From positions 51,164 to 115,163 of IMG/VR virus record IMGVR_UViG_3300032307_000731: DNA of 64,000 nt; one strand, written 5' to 3'. A program made the translations under genes and the position numbers. The stretch is from a virus. Shown here in pieces: positions 58,703 to 64,000 of this stretch (within the stretch, counting starts at the first letter, position 1; every line of letters begins with the position of its first letter). The notes under the pieces were generated by a model, which did not search any database, was not told where the DNA came from, and worked only from the letters and a program-made list of their open reading frames with translations.

Positions 58703-61700
58703 ATGCCGATATATCAAAGACTGACCGACCGACAATTTTCACCTAGTGCGGTTACACTTAACGATTTAATACATATTGTAATTACTGGTGATACTTCACA
58801 AAGTCCTCAGGGTTCCTCGTTTAAAGTGACCTTGGGTGATGTTGCGCATGTTATGTCGGGAGGAACCGGAACGTCAGGTACAAGTGGAACTTCGGGGATT
58901 AATGGTACCTCAGGTACGAGTGGAACTTCGGGAGTTAATGGTACCTCAGGTACAAATGGTACGTCAGGTACTTCAGGTACAAGTGGTGTTGATGGAACTA
59001 ATGGTACATCAGGAACGAGTGGTATAAATGGAACTTCAGGTACTGATGGAACATCAGGAACTAGTGGAACATCAGGTACTACAGGTACGAGTGGTATTGA
59101 CGGGACTAATGGAACATCGGGAACATCGGGAGTAAATGGTACATCGGGTACTAGCGGTACGACAGGAACTAGTGGTACATCAGGAACAACAGGAACAAGT
59201 GGTACAAGTGGTATTAATGGGACTAATGGTACGAGCGGAACTTCAGGTGTTAATGGTACCTCAGGAACAAGTGGTACAACAGGTACTTCAGGTACTTCAG
59301 GTACAACAGGTACCTCAGGAACAAGTGGAACTTCGGGTGTAAATGGAACTTCAGGTACTAGTGGTGTAAATGGAACTTCAGGTACAACAGGTACAAGTGG
59401 GACTTCAGGTACAACAGGTACATCGGGAACTAGTGGTATTGACGGAACTAATGGGACATCAGGTACAAGTGGTGTAAATGGAACTTCAGGAACAACAGGT
59501 ACTTCAGGAACATCAGGAACAACAGGTACATCGGGAACTAGCGGTACAACAGGAACAAGTGGAACAAGTGGTGTTAACGGAACATCAGGTACTTCGGGAA
59601 CTACAGGTACTTCAGGTACTTCAGGTACAACAGGAACTAGCGGTACAACAGGTACTTCAGGAACAAGTGGTATTGATGGAACAAGTGGTACAACGGGAAC
59701 TTCAGGAACAACAGGGACTAGTGGTACAAGTGGAACAACGGGTACATCAGGGACTTCAGGAATAGATGGTACATCGGGAACATCAGGAACAACAGGTACT
59801 TCAGGAACATCAGGAACAACAGGTACTTCAGGTACTAGTGGAATCGATGGGACTTCAGGTACAAGTGGGACAACAGGTACCTCAGGAACAAGTGGAACAT
59901 CAGGAACAACAGGTACTTCAGGAACATCAGGAACTACAGGTACTTCAGGTACTAGTGGAATTGATGGGACTTCAGGTACATCAGGAACTGATGGGACAAG
60001 TGGAACTTCAGGAACAAGTGGTACAACAGGTACTTCAGGAACAACAGGTACTTCAGGAACATCAGGAACTTCGGGAATTGATGGGACATCAGGAACAAGT
60101 GGTACAACAGGTACAAGTGGTACAAGTGGTACGACGGGTACAAGTGGAACAAGTGGGACAAGTGGGATAGATGGTACTTCAGGAACATCAGGAACATCAG
60201 GAACAACAGGTACGAGTGGAACATCAGGAACAACAGGTACGAGTGGAACAACAGGTACTTCAGGAACTAGCGGTATTGACGGAACGTCAGGTACGTCAGG
60301 AACTGATGGTACGAGTGGAACAACAGGAACTAGTGGTACATCAGGAACTACAGGTACCTCAGGAACTAGTGGTACATCAGGTATTGACGGAACATCAGGG
60401 ACTAGTGGTACAGATGGAACTTCAGGGACAAGCGGTACAACGGGAACTAGCGGTACATCAGGAACAACAGGTACAAGTGGAACTAGCGGTACAACAGGTA
60501 CTAGTGGAACATCAGGTATTGATGGGACATCAGGTACAACCGGTACATCAGGTACATCAGGTACATCAGGTACTACAGGTACTAGTGGTACATCAGGTAT
60601 TGATGGAACATCAGGGACAAGTGGTACAGATGGAACTTCAGGGACAAGTGGTACAACAGGAACATCAGGTACAACAGGCACAAGTGGAACTTCAGGAACA
60701 GATGGTACTTCGGGAACAAGTGGAACAACAGGTACCTCGGGAACAAGTGGTACAGATGGTACTTCAGGTACTAGCGGTACGACAGGAACAAGTGGAACTT
60801 CAGGAATTGATGGAACTTCAGGAACTAGCGGAACCGATGGTACTTCAGGAACTAGCGGTACAGATGGGACTTCAGGGACTAGCGGTACTACAGGTACATC
60901 AGGAACAAGTGGAACTACAGGTACTTCAGGTACAAGTGGTATTGACGGAACTTCAGGAACAAGTGGTACAGATGGAACTTCAGGAACTTCGGGTACAACA
61001 GGAACTTCGGGAACTAGCGGTACTTCAGGTATTGATGGAACTTCAGGAACTAGCGGAACCGATGGTACTTCAGGAACTAGCGGTACAACAGGAACATCAG
61101 GAACTAGTGGAACTACGGGTACTTCAGGTACAAGTGGGACTAGTGGTACTTCAGGAACGGATGGTACATCAGGAACTACAGGTACTTCAGGTACAAGTGG
61201 GACTAGTGGTACAACAGGTACATCAGGAACTACAGGAACTTCGGGAACAACAGGTACAAGTGGAACTAGCGGTACTACAGGTACATCAGGTACATCAGGG
61301 ACAACAGGAACAAGCGGAACTTCAGGAACAAGTGGTGATGATGGTATATCGGGAGGACAAAATTTATTCTTCAACCAATCAGTGGTACAAGGAGTAACTC
61401 CATATAAAGAATTAGGTGAATTTACAGATGGGCTTCCACAAAGTACTGTAACTGTAAATCTAACCGCGAATCAACAAAATGTTTTAATTAATGGTGGATT
61501 TATTACAGACCCGGGAAAACCTGGAGTTTTTGTAATCCCAAATGGTTTATGGCACGCATATTGTTATTTCACCAAAAATGCTGAAAATGATAACCTAAGT
61601 GTTTATTACATTGTTTCGAAATATACTACAGGAGGGACAAAAACTACGTTATTTACATCAAGTGCAGTTCAAATTGGATGGGATACTAATAATACAACGC

Positions 61701-64000
61701 CTGTTGAGATAAAAATAAATGCCTTACCAACAACTGAAATATTAGATATTACAGACAGAATTATTGTCGATTTATATGTTAACAATGGTGATAACCAAAG
61801 TAGAACAGCTACCTTTTACTCAGAAGGTACTTTAAATTATTCATATTTAGTAACAACATTAGCAACTCCATCAGGAACAAGTGGTACTTCAGGGACGAGT
61901 GGTACTTCAGGAACAACTGGAACATCAGGTACTTCAGGAACAAGCGGTACTAGTGGTACAACGGGTACTTCAGGAACATCGGGTACGAGTGGTACAACAG
62001 GTACCTCAGGTACAAGTGGTGTAAATGGGACTTCAGGAACTAGCGGTACAACAGGGACTTCAGGGACTTCAGGTACAACAGGTACTTCAGGAACAAGTGG
62101 AACAACCGGTACAAGTGGTACTTCAGGAACAACAGGTACAAGTGGAACATCAGGAACAACCGGTACAAGTGGAACATCAGGAACGACAGGTACAAGTGGT
62201 ACTTCAGGAACGACAGGTACAAGTGGAACAACAGGTACGAGTGGGACTTCGGGTGTTAATGGTACAAGTGGAACAAGTGGTACTACAGGTACAAGTGGTA
62301 CTTCAGGAAGTTCAGGTACTTCTCCAACAGGATTAGTTGCATCTAATTACGTTGCTAAAGGTGTTAAGGGAGGTACTATTCAAACTATAACAAATGGAAG
62401 TGACCAAGTTGTAACATTTGTTGATGAGTTTGACCCTAATGGTTGGATATCATCTAATAAATTTCAACCAACAATTGAAGGTTATTACAATATTCAAGTT
62501 GCAGTATGGTGGTACCCAGCATCAACAACATCAGGACAAAATAATGTTCAGCTTAGAAAAAATGGTAGTACACAAGTTGCAATTCAACAATTTCCACTTA
62601 ATACTACTGAGGGATATGGACAAGAAATTGATATTGTAATGTATTTTAACGGTTCTACTGATTATATTGAAGTTACTGCTTATACATCAAATCCAACATC
62701 TCAAGATATACATGGTGAGAGTTCGGGTACTTGGATTACGGGGTCATTAATTGTTGGTGGTGGAACAAGTGGTACATCAGGTACTAGTGGAACGTCAGGA
62801 ACAAGTGGAACTACGGGTACTTCAGGTACAAGCGGAACTTCAGGTGTTAATGGTACGTCAGGAACAAGCGGTACAACAGGAACATCAGGTACTAGTGGAA
62901 CAACGGGTACAAGTGGTACTTCAGGTACAAGTGGTGTTAATGGAACTTCAGGAACTAGTGGGACTTCGGGTACTACAGGAACAAGTGGTACGACAGGTAC
63001 TTCAGGAACAAGTGGAACTTCGGGTATTAATGGTACGTCAGGTACATCGGGAACAACAGGTACAAGCGGAACTTCAGGAGTTAATGGTACGTCAGGTACA
63101 TCGGGAACAACAGGTACGAGCGGAACTTCAGGTGTTAATGGGACCTCAGGTACATCAGGTACTTCGGGAACAACAGGTACGAGCGGAACTTCAGGTGTTA
63201 ATGGGACCTCAGGTACTTCAGGAACAACAGGTACCTCAGGGACTAGTGGTACGACAGGGACATCAGGGACTAGTGGTACTACAGGTACAAGTGGTACTTC
63301 GGGTATTAACGGAACTTCAGGTACAAGTGGAACTTCAGGAACTACAGGAACAAGTGGAACTTCGGGTGTAAATGGAACGAGTGGTACTTCAGGAACATCA
63401 GGAACAACAGGTACGAGTGGAACTAGTGGAACAACAGGTACATCAGGAACAAGTGGAACTTCGGGTGTTAATGGTACTTCAGGAACTAGCGGAACGACAG
63501 GAACCTCAGGTACAACAGGAACCTCAGGTACTTCAGGAACTACAGGTACAAGTGGAACTTCAGGTACGACAGGGACTTCGGGAACTACAGGTACTAGTGG
63601 AACATCGGGAGTGAATGGTACATCAGGAACTAGCGGTACTTCGGGTATTAACGGAACTTCAGGTACAAGTGGAACAACAGGAACATCAGGTACAACAGGA
63701 ACATCAGGAACATCAGGAACAACAGGTACGAGTGGAACTTCAGGTACTACCGGAACAAGTGGAACATCTGGAGTAAATGGAACGTCAGGAACAACAGGGA
63801 CTTCGGGAACTACAGGTACTAGTGGAACATCGGGAGTGAATGGTACATCAGGAACTAGCGGAACAACAGGGACTTCGGGAACTACAGGAACAAGTGGGAC
63901 TTCGGGTACTACAGGTACAAGTGGAACTTCAGGTGTTAATGGTACATCAGGGACTAGCGGTACGACAGGTACTTCGGGAACTACAGGTACAAGTGGAACT
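58703..64000 (+). CDS. Giant (Gly-Thr-Ser/Thr)n collagen-like fibre protein with internal globular domains including C1q-like; 3'-truncated, >1766 aa
   Basis: Manual translation [30 protein letters not shown]...[13 protein letters not shown]...; frame stays consistent through 61331, 62321 and 63998; TATTTAT at 58681. Confidence 0.88.
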   Translation, partial: MPIYQRLTDRQFSPSAVTLNDLIHIVITGDTSQSPQGSSFKVTLGDVAHVMSGGTGTSGTSGTSGINGTSGTSGTSGVNGTSGTNGTSGTSGTSGVDGTNGTSGTSGINGTSGTDGTSGTSGTSGTTGTSGIDGTNGTSGTSGVNGTSGTSGTTGTSGTSGTTGTSGTSGINGTNGTSGTSGVNGTSGTSGTTGTSGTSGTTGTSGTSGTSGVNGTSGTSGVNGTSGTTGTSGTSGTTGTSGTSGIDGTNGTSGTSGVNGTSGTTGTSGTSGTTGTSGTSGTTGTSGTSGVNGTSGTSGTTGTSGTSGTTGTSGTTGTSGTSGIDGTSGTTGTSGTTGTSGTSGTTGTSGTSGIDGTSGTSGTTGTSGTSGTTGTSGTSGIDGTSGTSGTTGTSGTSGTSGTTGTSGTSGTTGTSGTSGIDGTSGTSGTDGTSGTSGTSGTTGTSGTTGTSGTSGTSGIDGTSGTSGTTGTSGTSGTTGTSGTSGTSGIDGTSGTSGTSGTTGTSGTSGTTGTSGTTGTSGTSGIDGTSGTSGTDGTSGTTGTSGTSGTTGTSGTSGTSGIDGTSGTSGTDGTSGTSGTTGTSGTSGTTGTSGTSGTTGTSGTSGIDGTSGTTGTSGTSGTSGTTGTSGTSGIDGTSGTSGTDGTSGTSGTTGTSGTTGTSGTSGTDGTSGTSGTTGTSGTSGTDGTSGTSGTTGTSGTSGIDGTSGTSGTDGTSGTSGTDGTSGTSGTTGTSGTSGTTGTSGTSGIDGTSGTSGTDGTSGTSGTTGTSGTSGTSGIDGTSGTSGTDGTSGTSGTTGTSGTSGTTGTSGTSGTSGTSGTDGTSGTTGTSGTSGTSGTTGTSGTTGTSGTTGTSGTSGTTGTSGTSGTTGTSGTSGTSGDDGISGGQNLFFNQSVVQGVTPYKELGEFTDGLPQSTVTVNLTANQQNVLINGGFITDPGKPGVFVIPNGLWHAYCYFTKNAENDNLSVYYIVSKYTTGGTKTTLFTSSAVQIGWDTNNTTPVEIKINALPTTEILDITDRIIVDLYVNNGDNQSRTATFYSEGTLNYSYLVTTLATPSGTSGTSGTSGTSGTTGTSGTSGTSGTSGTTGTSGTSGTSGTTGTSGTSGVNGTSGTSGTTGTSGTSGTTGTSGTSGTTGTSGTSGTTGTSGTSGTTGTSGTSGTTGTSGTSGTTGTSGTTGTSGTSGVNGTSGTSGTTGTSGTSGSSGTSPTGLVASNYVAKGVKGGTIQTITNGSDQVVTFVDEFDPNGWISSNKFQPTIEGYYNIQVAVWWYPASTTSGQNNVQLRKNGSTQVAIQQFPLNTTEGYGQEIDIVMYFNGSTDYIEVTAYTSNPTSQDIHGESSGTWITGSLIVGGGTSGTSGTSGTSGTSGTTGTSGTSGTSGVNGTSGTSGTTGTSGTSGTTGTSGTSGTSGVNGTSGTSGTSGTTGTSGTTGTSGTSGTSGINGTSGTSGTTGTSGTSGVNGTSGTSGTTGTSGTSGVNGTSGTSGTSGTTGTSGTSGVNGTSGTSGTTGTSGTSGTTGTSGTSGTTGTSGTSGINGTSGTSGTSGTTGTSGTSGVNGTSGTSGTSGTTGTSGTSGTTGTSGTSGTSGVNGTSGTSGTTGTSGTTGTSGTSGTTGTSGTSGTTGTSGTTGTSGTSGVNGTSGTSGTSGINGTSGTSGTTGTSGTTGTSGTSGTTGTSGTSGTTGTSGTSGVNGTSGTTGTSGTTGTSGTSGVNGTSGTSGTTGTSGTTGTSGTSGTTGTSGTSGVNGTSGTSGTTGTSGTTGTSGT
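58868..61345 (+). repeat. 9-bp (GGN ACN TCN/AGY/ACN) coding repeat, block 1
   Basis: About 275 G-X-Y triplets: GTS/GTT punctuated by GIN, GVN, GID, GTD. Confidence 0.92.
61874..62323 (+). repeat. GTS/GTT coding repeat, block 2
   Basis: About 50 triplets between two globular domains. Confidence 0.9.
62762..64000 (+). repeat. GTS/GTT coding repeat, block 3 (runs off the window)
   Basis: Continuous triplets punctuated by GVN/GIN. Confidence 0.9.

Noticed and set aside
58807-61374. 855-aa minus-strand ORF of PEVPLVP repeats
   Set aside because: Antisense shadow of the GTS repeat; it ends where the repeat ends, while the plus frame has a promoter motif, start and real globular domains.
58836-63614. 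Multiple Q/E/V/L-rich plus-strand ORFs and F/L/Y/H-rich minus-strand ORFs
   Set aside because: Alternative-frame readings of the 9-bp repeat.
58868-64000. Possible CRISPR array or non-coding satellite
   Set aside because: Variation is concentrated at third codon positions and there are no unique spacers; it is a coding repeat.
1-64000. Stop-codon reassignment as seen in some large phages
   Set aside because: Genes are full length and tightly packed under code 11; TAG (33868) and TGA (15849, 15988) occur at plausible gene ends.
1-64000. Eukaryotic giant virus or cellular origin suggested by SET, SNF2, LRR and eukaryote-like RNR
   Set aside because: A complete contractile-tail gene set, gp32/UvsX/gp41-like genes, operons and intrinsic terminators indicate a bacteriophage.
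1-64000. tRNA or structured ncRNA genes
   Set aside because: Intergenic gaps are short and AT-rich; no cloverleaf or T-loop signatures were noticed by eye (not a computed scan).

Overview
AT-rich, densely coding 64 kb segment of a large T4-like myophage genome in the standard genetic code. The host is probably Bacteroidota, inferred from A-rich starts lacking Shine-Dalgarno sites, SprB-type repeats and a eukaryote/Bacteroidota-type class Ia RNR. In order it holds: a minus-strand block (gp13-like neck, Mn/Fe-SOD fusion, SNF2 helicase, SET-domain protein); a head-closure gene followed by accessory genes sharing an N-terminal (I/L/V)-x-E leader; a tail module (terminator, sheath, tube, chaperone, tape measure, baseplate/hub); a replication cassette (gp32-like SSB, UvsX/RecA, 5'-3' exonuclease, DnaB-like helicase, FkbM methyltransferase, nrdB/nrdA); and a second baseplate/fibre module. 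That module ends in a >1766-aa proline-free (Gly-Thr-Ser)n protein with a C1q-like domain, which the ORF track missed because it runs off the window. Most notable hypotheses: (1) a leader/protease-site system that loads enzymes (SOD-nuclease polyprotein, HAD phosphatase, LRR protein) into the capsid; (2) a TATTTAT late-promoter motif that is the reverse complement of the T4 late promoter; (3) a possible +1 frameshift in the tail chaperone; (4) an AACTAG array; (5) an unannotated RHH regulator with a candidate operator. All product calls come from motif recognition by eye, without database searches.
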